Position numbers and translations under genes: made by a program. This document shows positions 50,745 to 64,000 of a stretch of 64,000 nt of DNA, in pieces. The notes under the pieces were generated by a model that saw only the letters and a program-made list of their open reading frames with translations, made no database searches and was not told the origin of the DNA. Numbering within the stretch: position 1 is the first letter of the stretch; each line of letters begins with the position of its first letter. Origin of the DNA: Trichosphaerium sp. ATCC 40318 (lineage: Eukaryota > Protista > Tubulinea); the NCBI GenBank assembly GCA_038496445.1, contig JALMLS010000448.1, positions 62,001-126,000 of the forward strand. The letters are read 5' to 3'.

Positions 50745-52904
50745 TTAACCGAAACAACATCCTCCTTTGTCTTTCTTTTTTTTGCTTGATTTTTTTTGCT
50801 TGTCTTTTGAGTTAGACTTCCTCGTGTCATTCTTTTTCTTTGGTATTAAAGGCTTCTTTTCTTCTTTCTTTGGTTGTGACTTGCTTCTTGTACTTTTGGT
50901 TGGAGGTGGAGCTTGTTTTTTCTTGACCTCTTTTTTCTTCGGTTTGTTTGAAGCTTTTGGGTCTTGTGTCTTCTTTTTTGGCGGTGTTGATACCTTCGTT
51001 GGTTTCTTATTGTTCGGTTTCTTCGAGTGTTTTGAATCTGGTAGACTACGAAGAGAGTTTTCTTTCTCTAAAAGTTGCTTTTTCTTCATCGCTTCAAACA
51101 TTTTTTTCGCTCCGAAAGACTTTGATCGTGCAACGTGGAACTCTAATACATATGTCAGTAATGGTTGTAGAACTGAAATTATAATATCCATAAATATAGT
51201 TTTCAGAAAAAAATCACGTGCGTCCAAGCCATTTATCCTTTACTTCAGATGTTTCAAATTCAATTGTTAGAACTTTTGATTTTGCTTTTAAGTTTACTGC
51301 CTTGTCTGTATTGTTGAAAAACTGCGTTAATAAAAAGTCTGATTTGAATACGTACTGTTCTTTCCATCAGTTGCTTTTACGTCTTCTAAAAACCCTGCCC
51401 ATATGACTAACTGCGATTGCTTTGAAATCTTTAATAGTTTTTTCTCTGCAAGAAGCAAGTAATCTGTAAATAGATAACAATTGATGCTATTGCCGTTCCT
51501 ACAAAGTAACAAAGTGTTAAGAAACAGTAGAAAGACGCTCCATTATGTATTACTGTGACGTACCTTGATACACTATGTTCAGATATTACTAATCTTCCTT
51601 TAACGAACAAGTCCTTAAGAATGTTAGATAACCAATAAAACTCTCGAGATTGTAATACTCAAAAGTATCCACGTACAACAGCGGAAGTTGCCAATTGAAT
51701 TTCCATAACCCGTTGCATATTTTCTGCTACTCTTTTTTGATCATTAACATATGTGTTGACCTTAATGAGCGTTAACTTTATGTACAACAAGTTGAAAAGC
51801 CTAAACTATCTAAAGATACCTTTTTTATCTCTTCCAACGCTGCTATGAGAGGATAATAGTCTAAAAGTTGTAAGGACATGCTCGGTTATGTCTTCTCTGT
51901 ACCTTTGTGCTTTAATCCACCCGTTTTTTTGATGAGACTCTTAAAAAAAAAAAGGTTACAAACTCTTTACCTAAAAAAGATCGGAAAAATTACCTCCAAG
52001 AGAAGCCTGTAACGAGGTAACCTCTGAACAGGTGTAATCAATAGACCTGCTAAATCTTGTTTTTTACAGCGTGGATTGTTCTTACATATCTGTAGTAAAA
52101 TATTAGGTCTTGTAACATTACTTTTTTTTTTCTCCTTTGTACCTCATAGTATTTAGGCCACCGCCTACCACCTGACGCTTTTTGTAAAGCTGTCAAAGAT
52201 TTATCATAATTATTCACATACGTTGTGTACATTTTCAGAGCTCCAACCTACACATAAGTTACACCAAAACGTTTTTTGGATATTGTAAAAAAAGCGTTCC
52301 ACTTTTGTGGGTTAAAAAAATACACAATCACGTACGTTAGCTGCGAAAACATCACTCAACATTGTTTTATTATCCCAGGCATTAACACGTTGTCTCAGGT
52401 TAGCCAGAATTTTCTCGTGTAATATCAACAAGTCTAAAACGAAAATTACCAAATAAAATCCCACAGTACAAATCACGTTTTTACGCGTAAAATAACACGT
52501 GCCAGGAAGATTTGAGAATATCGTCGTTATGGCCGATTGTTTTACAATAGGGCTATTCTTTTCAATAGCATCTAAAAGAGGTTGCATCCATACCTAGGCA
52601 GTAAGTTCATCACCATGAAAAAAAAATCGCTAAGAAAACCAAAAATCCAAAAAACATTTCCTCGTGTCAAACACTTCCGATTGTAAAAAGTAATACGTTA
52701 TATACACCACATACCTCTACAACAATGTTTAACCCTTCAACGTATGTTTCTTCTGTTTCAAGTATTTCCTTCACGATATGGACTCTAGCTGCTTTATACT
52801 TCTCTATTCACGCGTTAGTTTATTGTAGTTTAAGCTAAAAACGTTGTACTTTTTTCCTCTGATGACAGTTTAGGCTCCTCTTCTCTGCCATTAGTTTGAC
52901 CCAT
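50745..52904 (-). CDS. Dbl-family RhoGEF (DH-PH) with Lys-rich tail ending GGCCFG
   Basis: DH motifs IVKEILETEETYVEGL, IFSNLPDLLILHEKIL, MYTTYVNNYD, LITPVQRLPRYRLLLE and VNTYVNDQKR. PH-like CYLFTDYLLLA. Confidence 0.92.
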
Positions 52905-53095
52905 CTTTTTTGTCTACCACTGTTTCGATGGAAACGTACAATAGCTAGAAATGCTAAGTGACAATTCTACAGATAGCAACTTAATGCTAAGACGTCCGAA
53001 CAGCGATTTACTGAGCGGAATATCATTTCGGAGGGTTACAGAGCTAGTTTGTGCCAACCAACAGCAAAACTAGCTAATTTAGTACAATCGTACCC
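52905..53095. promoter_or_regulatory. Compact divergent promoter between the RhoGEF and MFSD8-like genes
   Basis: Head-to-head start codons only about 190 bp apart. Confidence 0.5.
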
Positions 53096-55487
53096 ATGTC
53101 CAACAAGGAAGACGTGCCTTTTATTTCTCCAGTGGGTGTAGGCGGAAAAAAGCGGTAAAAGCAATCAAACGCTACTTTTCTGTAGAATTATTTTGTTAAA
53201 TCGCTAGTAGTCGTGGTAAACCGTCTATTAATAAGAATTTATCCGTTTGGATAGCGTTATGGGTGATTTTCGCTACGTACATTGAATTTACTATTATCAT
53301 TCCGTCTTTATGGCCATACTTGCAAAGCCTAGACGCAAATAAGCAGGTACGTATATTTTCGAGGGATTTTGACGAACTGGGCAACAATTTATTGAAGTGG
53401 TAGTTCCTTGGTCTTGTAGTTGCCGGTTTTAGCTTTGGAAACTTTGTTTCATCGCCTTTGAAAGGGTGGCTGTCAAATGTATTGCCAAAAAAACTTGTAG
53501 TTTTATTCGTTCTAGCTATAGATATTGGAGGTAATGTGATGTATCTTGGTGCGTAGAGAAAGACAAAGAGTGACATACAATCTTAAATTTTACTAAAAAT
53601 GTAAACTAGTCGGAAAGAACAAGTGGATGGTTCTCGTTGGCCGAATGCTTACTGGTGTTGGTACGGTACCAAGCCTACAAAAGGCTAAAGCATGTTTATT
53701 GCTTGTATTAAGCGTTTGACGCATGTCAAATAGTTGTTTACTGCCGATAACATAAATCGTATCAAGGTGTCGAAGTTGACGCTGTTAGGTGCCTCTGGAC
53801 CAATCATTCAAGCGTACCTCTCTGAAAGAACTTTACCAGAACAACGTTCTACAATAATGTTACGATTTTCTTTTGCTATAAATTTAGCATTCGTCAGTGG
53901 ACCTGGTACATACATCTTTTTCATTTTGTTCCAAAAACGGAAAAAAATAATTCCGTTCTTCAAATTTAGTTGTATCGTCCAATCTGGATTTTTTTTTGAA
54001 TATTTTTAAATCTAATGTCATACGTACTTATGTAAGGACCGTAGTGCTATCATCTGGACTTTCTTTGATACCTTCATTCTCTATGGGATTCGTAACAGTT
54101 GATGAGAAAAATATTCCAGCTTTATTTTCTGTTGTGTTACTATTAATCACTTGCGTTGTTGTTGCATGCTTTTTTGAAAACAAATCATCTGATGGAAAGA
54201 AAGAGAACGAAAGTACGTGCGTGAATTTAGCTTACGACTATTTTTTTTCGAAAAGCACGTGATGTCAAATAAGAATTAGGCTTTTTGTTGCTTTTTTGTA
54301 TTAAACTCACCTTTTTGTTAGTTGTCACAAAGATCACCAAGAATGAGACTCCAATGCATTTAATTATCTGCTTCATCATTGGATACTTTTTTTTATCAAG
54401 TATACTAAGTGTGTACGTCAAGATCATACTCTTCTCTTACACTACAAATACTAAAGTGGTTTTGTAGATACGAGACGTTAAGTATTCCTATAACTCAAGA
54501 CAACTACGGATGGGGCATATCAATAAATGGTAAGTGTATATTAAAAAAACCGTTTTTGTTATGCAATGATATAATTACGAACACGTAAAAAGGATACTTG
54601 TGGACTGGAATCGCTTTACACTCTGCTCTTGGTTTAATAGCACTAGCGTACAAAAAAAATAGATGATACTTCTCTCATCCTCACAATAACCCTAGGTTTA
54701 TAAAACGTTATATAAGCGAGATTTTTATTGAAATAACAAGCTTAACTATGCTTGTTGGTGCTCTTCTAATCATTGGTTCGTTATTTCTCTGAAACAGTCA
54801 GCATTCCTCGTTTTCCTATTATTTTCTTATTATATTTATCTAATTGTCTAACTAGGTTTTCGATATAATACTGATCTGGCTTTTGGTTCACATCATTTAC
54901 CTTTGTGGCGCTTTTTACTTGGTGAGTTTTTTAATACGAATACTGTTCACAACTTCATGTGACCTTATACTACTCGCCTAGGTACTGCACTTGTTGCAAT
55001 AATGTATCCTATTCATGACACAATATACCCAACACTATTTAGTATGACGCTGGGTTCAAGCAAACAAGGTATAACCCTTTTCAGTATTGCTTGTTGTATA
55101 ACACTACTAGGACTTTATTTCGGCTGCTTTCGTTCTGCTGGATCTCTTAGTCGTATATTAGGTAGCGTATTAAATCATTATTAGAGGTAGTGTTTATACT
55201 CATGCTCTTTATTAGGACCAATATGGGGAACAGCGCTCTATGGATTTTTTCATGATGCAGATTTGACATTTGTTATTATTGCATTTTTGACTACAATTTG
55301 CCTTTGTGCATTCCTTCTTTACTCTCCTATGATAGAACGTTTGATGAAGTTTTATAAAAAACTCTCCGATAAAGAAAAGGAGTATGAGAAAATAACTATT
55401 GATTGTCAAAGGAGTAGTTCAGGAGGAAGTCAAAGCGATGATATCTTGATTGAATCAGTATCAACAGATGTAGATAAGAAAAATTAA
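53096..55487 (+). CDS. MFSD8: MFS transporter, MFSD8/CLN7-like
   Basis: Motifs IIIPSLWPYLQSLD, FLGLVVAGFSFGNFVSSPLKGWLSN, GRMLTGVG, FVSGP and SAGSLSRILGPIWG. Confidence 0.8.
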
Positions 55488-55617
55488 AACAAAGACAAAA
55501 AAAAAAACAAACAGCATTTTGGTCAGTTTCAGTCATTCGCGTTTTTTGACAAACCTCTCAAATCAACACTTTAATTAATCATTTCCAGCGCATCCTCGGC
55601 GTAGGGCGCTGTAAAAT

Positions 55618-56991
55618 ATGGCTAGCAATGGATACTTGGTACGCGTTTTCGTCCTGTATGAACCGTTTTTTTTTGTAGAATCATACTGCGTCACCAGCTC
55701 CAATAATTGAGCTTGATGAACTGACGGGTGTCAATTTGTTGAATTGCGTGGTTATTGTACTAAAATCTGGCTGTAGACTGCAAATGAACTGCGATGTCGT
55801 TTGTATCACTGCTTAACGGTAGTAGAGTGCAGTTATAATCTGTGTAAAAAGGCAGCAAAGTATGGCATATGGAATCCTCTTAACGCATTCTCTTTAGCCG
55901 CTTTGAGTCAGTGCTACGTTACTCAATACGGTGCAAGGTTCAATTCAACATCTGTAGTCGCTTTACGTCCATTCTTGGCAGAACACTATAAAAATAGCTT
56001 AAAAATATTCGGAGAGCATTGGGTGGCTCAAATAGATGATATTCCAGTGCCACCATCTATTTCCAACAAAGTTTGCGCCAAATTACGTGATATTATAAAA
56101 AACGTTCCAACTACGCTGGTACAGATTGGTCACGTATACAAACTAAAACATGGCGCCTTTTCTCATACAGGATTTTCTTTAAAACCATTTCTACGTAAAT
56201 ACATGTCTTCAGAATATATTGTACAAGGCGATAACGTAATTATGGCAGGTGACAGGTACGTCAGTACAAATTATTCTTCAAAAAACCTAAACGATTTTTT
56301 TTTTGTTGATCTTCCACGTGCAACGCATTCTCCAAAAAAAATTTACATTGACATCTTACGCGCATTATAGCAGTACATCTACAGCCTCTCATGGGACAAA
56401 ATCAATGAATTCTCAAACAACACGGCCCGCAAATAAGGTACAAACAAAAGAAATGGTTTTTGTTTTCTTCAATTTATTCTTGTTTGTTTGTGCTAACTTC
56501 TTGTTTGTAGACAACTACTAATTCTATACTAACATCAGATACATCATCTATAATAACAAAGGCTAAAGTTGAGTCATTACAAAATGAACTAGAAGAGTTA
56601 CAACAATGTCTTGATGGACTTCCTGAAAATACAGACGCAATGACAGCACGTGTTTTAACAGAATTAGAAGATAGACTTATAGCTGCTTTACATATTGTTT
56701 CAGAAAACAAAAAAGCGAAACAAAGAGCAGAATCAGAGTGTAAAATTTGTATGGATAATGAAATTGATGTAGTTCTAACGCCTTGGTACGCCTACCCTTA
56801 AAAGAAAAAAAACTCATTTTTTTTGGCAACGAAATCCCAAAAGGAGCTTACTTTTTTATCTTATTAATAATAGTGGCCATATGTGTATTTGTTACGCTTG
56901 TGCATTACGGATGAAGGAACAAGAATTTAATATAAGCTGTCCAATATGCAGTACAACAATTTTTTCAATATACAGAACGTACAAGGCATAA
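55618..56991 (+). CDS. RING-HC E3 ligase with two N-terminal OST-HTH/LOTUS-like modules and a coiled coil
   Basis: C-terminal CKICMDNEIDVVLTPCGHMCICYAC...CPIC. N-terminal repeats SLAALSQCYVTQYGARF...LRPFL and TLVQIGHVYKLKHGAF...LKPFL. Confidence 0.8.
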
Positions 56992-57595
56992 AAAAGTCTT
57001 CAAAAAAACCAAAAAATGCAAATCAAAAAACACTATGATGAACATTTCTTTATTTCTTTCAATTGCAAAGAACTATGTCATAACGGTTTAATAATGCCCA
57101 TATTGGAAACACAACGAGGATTGGGTCTATGGACATGATAGAAGAGTAACTTCAAAATCTCGAAAAAAAAAAGACAGCCTTCCCTTCAGTTTAGCGTGAA
57201 CTCTGTATTCAACGTAAGTGTAAATACAATAAATTCTACGCGCACTAGCGCGTTGTAACTATGAAGTGACCGTCTTAAAAGAGTCTGTAGAAAAATATCA
57301 TAAGTGCATTTCTAGTCACTCCTAAGACCGTCTCTCCTATTGAAACCAACTAAACACGCATTTTTTAAGACTGTTGTACCGTTTGGCTTGATCTAGAAGG
57401 CAGATATAACGTGTTATGCAACAAAAAGTGCTATTTTCTAAAAAGGGAATAACACAGTGAGGTTTTTCTACAAAACATACAACAATCCTTGAAGTTGTAC
57501 GTTTAATTATTCGTTTCTGATTGGTTGTTATTTTAAGGTTTTTTGTGAATGGTCCTTCAAGTCAAAGAAAATAGCAAAAAACCAAATAGATAACA

Positions 57596-58699
57596 ATGGA
57601 ATACAAAGTAGTTTGCGTTGGTGAGTAGTATTTTAATTATTATTATACGTGACGTAGCGACAATCGAAAAGCTAAATTCTTTAATCCATAGGTAGCGGTG
57701 GTGTAGGTAAAAGTGCTATTACTATACAGGTACGATTATATTGACGATAGAGGTTGTTTTAGAGCAACTCTCTTTGGTTTTGAAATTCAAAATTTCGTTC
57801 TATGCTTACACTTTGTCCTTTTAGTTTATCCAACAACACTTTATTGATGAGTATGGTACGCGGAATCCTTTATTTGTGAAAATATCAAAATTGCAAGTTA
57901 CGACGCAACAACATTCTAATTATTACGTTTAGATCCTACCATTGAAGACAGTTACAGGTATAAAACGAGTACAAGGTATTCTTAAGGTTAAATAAGATAT
58001 TAGAAAACAAGTGCTTATTGACAAAGATATCGCTATGCTAGGTATCTAGTACACTAACGCATACGTAATACTAAATACCATTCCTTAGATATCCTCGACA
58101 CCGCAGGACAAGAGGAATACTCGTACGGAACTCTTTTTAATGGAAAATTGATCTAATAAACAATAGCGCTATGAGGGAGCAATATATGCGTGAAGGAGAG
58201 GGTTTTCTAATGGTTTATTCCATTATTTCACGTGATAGTTTTGATGAGTTGGAGAGCTTTGCAGAGCAGATTCGTCGCGTTCGTGACGTTGATAACTTAA
58301 ACAATGTCCCTATTGTAGTCGTACGTTAAAAAAAATAGAACAAAAAAAAGATAGAAATACTCCTTAACACGACTTTAAATGCGCCCGACAAGTCTTTAAT
58401 CACCTTCACAGGTTGGTAATAAATGCGATCTCGAAGAGCAAAGAGCTGTAACGACTTATGAGGGTGAAGAATGGGCTAAGAACCTTGGTGTAGACTTTTT
58501 TGAAGTCTCTGCAAAACAACGTATTAATATTGATGAATGTTTCTTTCAGCTCGTGCGACGTATCCGTCAACAACGCGAGGCTGCTATTCCAAAAGGAAAG
58601 GGTAAACACCGCAAACCTAAGAGCCTAACAAAGAGTACGAAGACGCTACAACTGATTTTTTTCTAATTTTTTATTAAAACAGCTTGCAACGTATTGTAG
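57596..58699 (+). CDS. ras: Canonical Ras GTPase (9 exons), CAAX CNVL
   Basis: Spliced product contains [62 protein letters not shown] and FEVSAK, then a basic tail and CNVL*. Confidence 0.96.
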
Positions 58700-58830
58700 A
58701 CTGCTTGTCACTTATGTATTACTACCAAAACTATCGTTTTCTTCATGTTAAACAAGCTAAAGCTTGATTATAAATAAGTTTTAACTGAGATAAGTCTTGT
58801 TATTTTTTTGTTGTATTTTAGCTCTGAAGA

Positions 58831-59567
58831 ATGCTCAAGATACCACTGGAGTATTTTCCTGGCCGCTACGTTGGTTTATTACTATTTGTAAACGTACAAA
58901 ATAGTGCAGAGCTGTTAGAAGATGTTAAACAACAAAAAGCACCTTGTGCGCTTATGGACGCTGCGTGGGTAAACTTTATACGTTTTAAACAACAACACTG
59001 ATAAAACGCAGGTTTACAGCCCAAAATGCCTTGGGGTTGCAGCAGGACGCGCATTAATGTCAGAAACATCAAATGCACGTAAAACAAATAATGTCCGTAC
59101 TACAAACGTTAAATTAGCGTCATTTTGCGACAACAACGAGAATTTAATGATATTTGTAGGTATATAGCGAATTAGTATTCAATTTGGGCGCTTCACGCAA
59201 GGTAGGAGTCTCCTGTAACTATGAGCGCGTTGCAGTAACATTGTTATAGATACGAAACGTCCTACTAACATTTGGCATAAAAAATACTTCTACAGCAATA
59301 ATCGCTGCACAGTACGATGCCACAGATGCTGACGTTGAAAAACTATCATCTCTGATCAAAGGAGAGCTCAAACCAATCAATGACACTCTAAAATCGGTTA
59401 CAAAAAAAGATGAACTACACAAGGCACGTACAAAATAATCTTATCAACCACTTCTATTTGGGGCATCATCTCTAACATTGTTTTAGTACTATAAAATAAA
59501 CGATAATCATAAAGGGACAGAAGAGAGTGTTATAATGAGCAGGATAGTAATGAAAGACATGCGGTGA
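58831..59567 (+). CDS. CGI121: KEOPS complex subunit Cgi121/TPRKB
   Basis: MLKIPLEYFPGRYVGLLLFVNVQN...KTNNVYSELVFNLG...LLTFGIKN...KYYKI...SRIVMKDMR aligns by eye end to end with the TPRKB pattern. Confidence 0.88.
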
Positions 59568-59934
59568 ATGAAGAAATGACAGATTGTATTTACCAGTATT
59601 TTTTTTTATTCTTTTTTCAGCGATGTTCACGTTTAATGAGCAACTGATTGTACATGCTTATAGTATTAAACCAGTTGGTACAGCAAGCTCACCCTTGCTA
59701 TCAACGAACTCCTTTTTAGGCAAGTAAAGTTGAAATTAAACGAAAATTCTTCTTGCAACGTACTGGTTTTGTTTAAATACGTTCGGTACAGCCAAAGTAG
59801 GTATATGCCATTTATGCAAGGATACTGTGTCCTAATATAGGTAAAAGGGAGGCGGAGAAGTGCCTAATTTCTAGAAAATAAGTTGTTTTGAAATCTTTAT
59901 CTCACTTAACGTATTTTATTACGTACTGGAGTTC

Positions 59935-62086
<2,152 letters not shown>

Positions 62087-62550
62087 ATAAATATTGTTTA
62101 TCATAGAAAATTATAACAAAAAATCCTCCATAGTGCGAGGGTTGTCCAAATACATTCCCATCGTAACAACATGTTGTAGTTTTTTCAAAAGTTGGTGAAG
62201 CCAATAAATTAAGTGCACTTGCGACTTAGACCTGAAACTAGGTAAAGGGAACACATGATTTACTAGGATGGGCAGTAGTGCCATATACATGTTGGAAGTT
62301 GTGTTCCACAGCGAGTCACCTGTGTTTTGGTTTGTTAAGAGAGTACGGACAAGTTTAATTTCGTTAGGGTTGTAGTTGATTTGCACGTGCACAGTTCCAA
62401 GGGCAACCAATCCTCACCTCTGAAGTGGGTTTGGTAGTTAGAGTCAAATCCATAGTTTATTAATCTGAATGAGTCTTGAACTTGAAGCACTGCTTAGTGT
62501 AGATACATAGTCAAACAAGGTCAAATGTTTCATCGTTGTTCTCTATCTCT

Positions 62551-63252
62551 ATGACAGCAACGCCAAATAAAGTGAAGCAGAGCTTGAATATCATACAACA
62601 AGATGTACCTGATATATTTTACAATGTTGGAAAGCAAATCTTCGAATGTCTACAACAGGAGAAACATAAACTTGCTCTAAGCGCCACATGCAAACACCTA
62701 AGACAAGATTTTATGAGTTTTAATGATTCTACGCCAATCAGAGTGTTTTTGGAAGTAAAATACTACATCAACAAGCAAAACAGTCCTGAAGAGCGTATGA
62801 CCGCATTTAATAGAATAAAAACTCGTTTATCGTCTATCCAGCGCAGAATCGAATATCAAGTAGAACTACAAAAGCAAAAGGAAGCAGAACAGCTTGAAAA
62901 ATTGATTAAAACATTGACAGAAGATGAAGGATTTGATGAATCAAAATTATGGTGTTTGACAAATCTAGAACTTGAGGAAATAAGAGTTGAAGATGAAGAT
63001 CAACGTAACTTGCTGTGGCATGGTGTAAAAGTGATTTTAAGTTTAGAAGCGATAACAATAGAACTTGTTTTCAGAGCATCTCGTCACAGGGATGTTCATC
63101 CGCCTATTGAATTTAAGTGGTATTCTGAAGATGAAGAGTATCCTAGTTCTAATTATCCAAAGTTTAAAAAGAAAATACAAGAGTATGACATGACTGACAG
63201 TGAAGTATTCAAAATCTTGGAAACTGCAGCAAATATGATGGTTTTTTATTAA
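62551..63252 (+). CDS. Intronless hypothetical protein, weak F-box-like N-terminus
   Basis: The 238-codon ORF 62536-63252 has its first ATG at 62551. KQIFECL...KLALSATCKHLR is F-box-like. Confidence 0.6.
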   Translation: MTATPNKVKQSLNIIQQDVPDIFYNVGKQIFECLQQEKHKLALSATCKHLRQDFMSFNDSTPIRVFLEVKYYINKQNSPEERMTAFNRIKTRLSSIQRRIEYQVELQKQKEAEQLEKLIKTLTEDEGFDESKLWCLTNLELEEIRVEDEDQRNLLWHGVKVILSLEAITIELVFRASRHRDVHPPIEFKWYSEDEEYPSSNYPKFKKKIQEYDMTDSEVFKILETAANMMVFY

Positions 63253-63800
63253 TTCAGATCAAATGGATGATTATGACTCATTAGAAGAATTGTTTGAAGC
63301 ATGCTAATAAATACTAGCACACCAATAAGCGTCCAATAATAGCTTGCTGTAAACTAAATTGTACTGAGAAAAAAAACCCACAAGCTACATCTTTTTAGAT
63401 TGCTATTCATTTGATAAAAGTACACAACACTTGATTAGGTCTATCACGTGCACTTATGTAGAGAATTTTTTTCTAAGCAGTTGATGAAAAAGTAAAAAAT
63501 GTGTCAGTAACACAGCAGTCAGCTACTCGCCTGAAACTGCCGTATATGATAGTTTAAGGTTTGTATTTCAACAGGAAGATCGAAACAGATATGCACAATA
63601 AGTACATTATCCGCAATTATCATAGAAAATATGTGCCGTGATCTTTTCAGCAAAAAAGGAACTTTTAATTCCTTATTTAAGAGCATCAACACCTTTTTCC
63701 GTTGAATGAATAGGCCAAATCTGCTTAAACAGTGATGTACTACTTATCCCTGAGATGAGGTCACAAACAACGCCGTTTATAAAACAATTTCGTTCACTAT

Positions 63801-63899
63801 CTTATGCAACATCCCAAACAGCCAAAAATGATGTATTGTATTCAACATGCACGTGTAGTATGTATGTATCATTTTTGGCTGTTTGGGATGTTGCATAAG
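63801..63899. repeat. 32-bp perfect inverted repeat with 35-nt spacer (pre-miRNA-like hairpin or MITE)
   Basis: CTTATGCAACATCCCAAACAGCCAAAAATGAT (63801-63832) is the exact reverse complement of 63868-63899. Confidence 0.9.
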
Positions 63900-64000
63900 T
63901 TAGAAAGAGGAAAAACACTGTAAACATTTGAAGAAAAAGTGCCCTACAACATTTTTTTTTTTTTGGAGGTAAGCTATTTACTAGAAAAAACCTCCTCTCT

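Noticed and set aside
9025-58699. Functional signalling cluster (Ras-ankyrin, GPCR, STE20 kinase, RhoGEF, Ras)
   Set aside because: These families are large in amoeboid protists and are interspersed with unrelated genes. There is no evidence of co-regulation.

Overview
AT-rich eukaryotic nuclear DNA, most likely a free-living protist. The gene content (Frizzled-like GPCR, Ras-family GTPases, plant-type LRR receptor) is amoebozoan-like, but that assignment is inference. The supplied ORF track is fragmented because nearly all genes carry many short (mostly ~45-70 nt) spliceosomal introns, with GTACGT/GTAAGT/GTATGT donors and CTAAY-type branch points. The genetic code is standard: TAA, TAG and TGA all end genes. 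Hand-splicing gives about 22 genes: M12B metalloprotease-CAP-EGF membrane protein, LRR-IPT-EGF receptor, atypical Ras-ankyrin fusion, beta-propeller protein, Frizzled/Smoothened-like GPCR, STE20-like kinase, C2+MUN protein, F-box proteins, NCKX exchanger, SLC17 and MFSD8 transporters, His-rich secreted protein, RhoGEF, LOTUS-RING protein, canonical Ras, Cgi121/TPRKB, an FHA-RING ligase and several hypotheticals. There are also probable gene relics. The most unusual signals are a window-wide excess of CACGTG in introns and intergenic DNA, recurrent GC-AG introns with a GCACGT donor, a 32-bp perfect hairpin resembling a pre-miRNA, and several novel-looking domain fusions. I found no tRNA, rRNA, CRISPR array or transposase. 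Gene coordinates are spans including introns, derived manually, and no database search was run.
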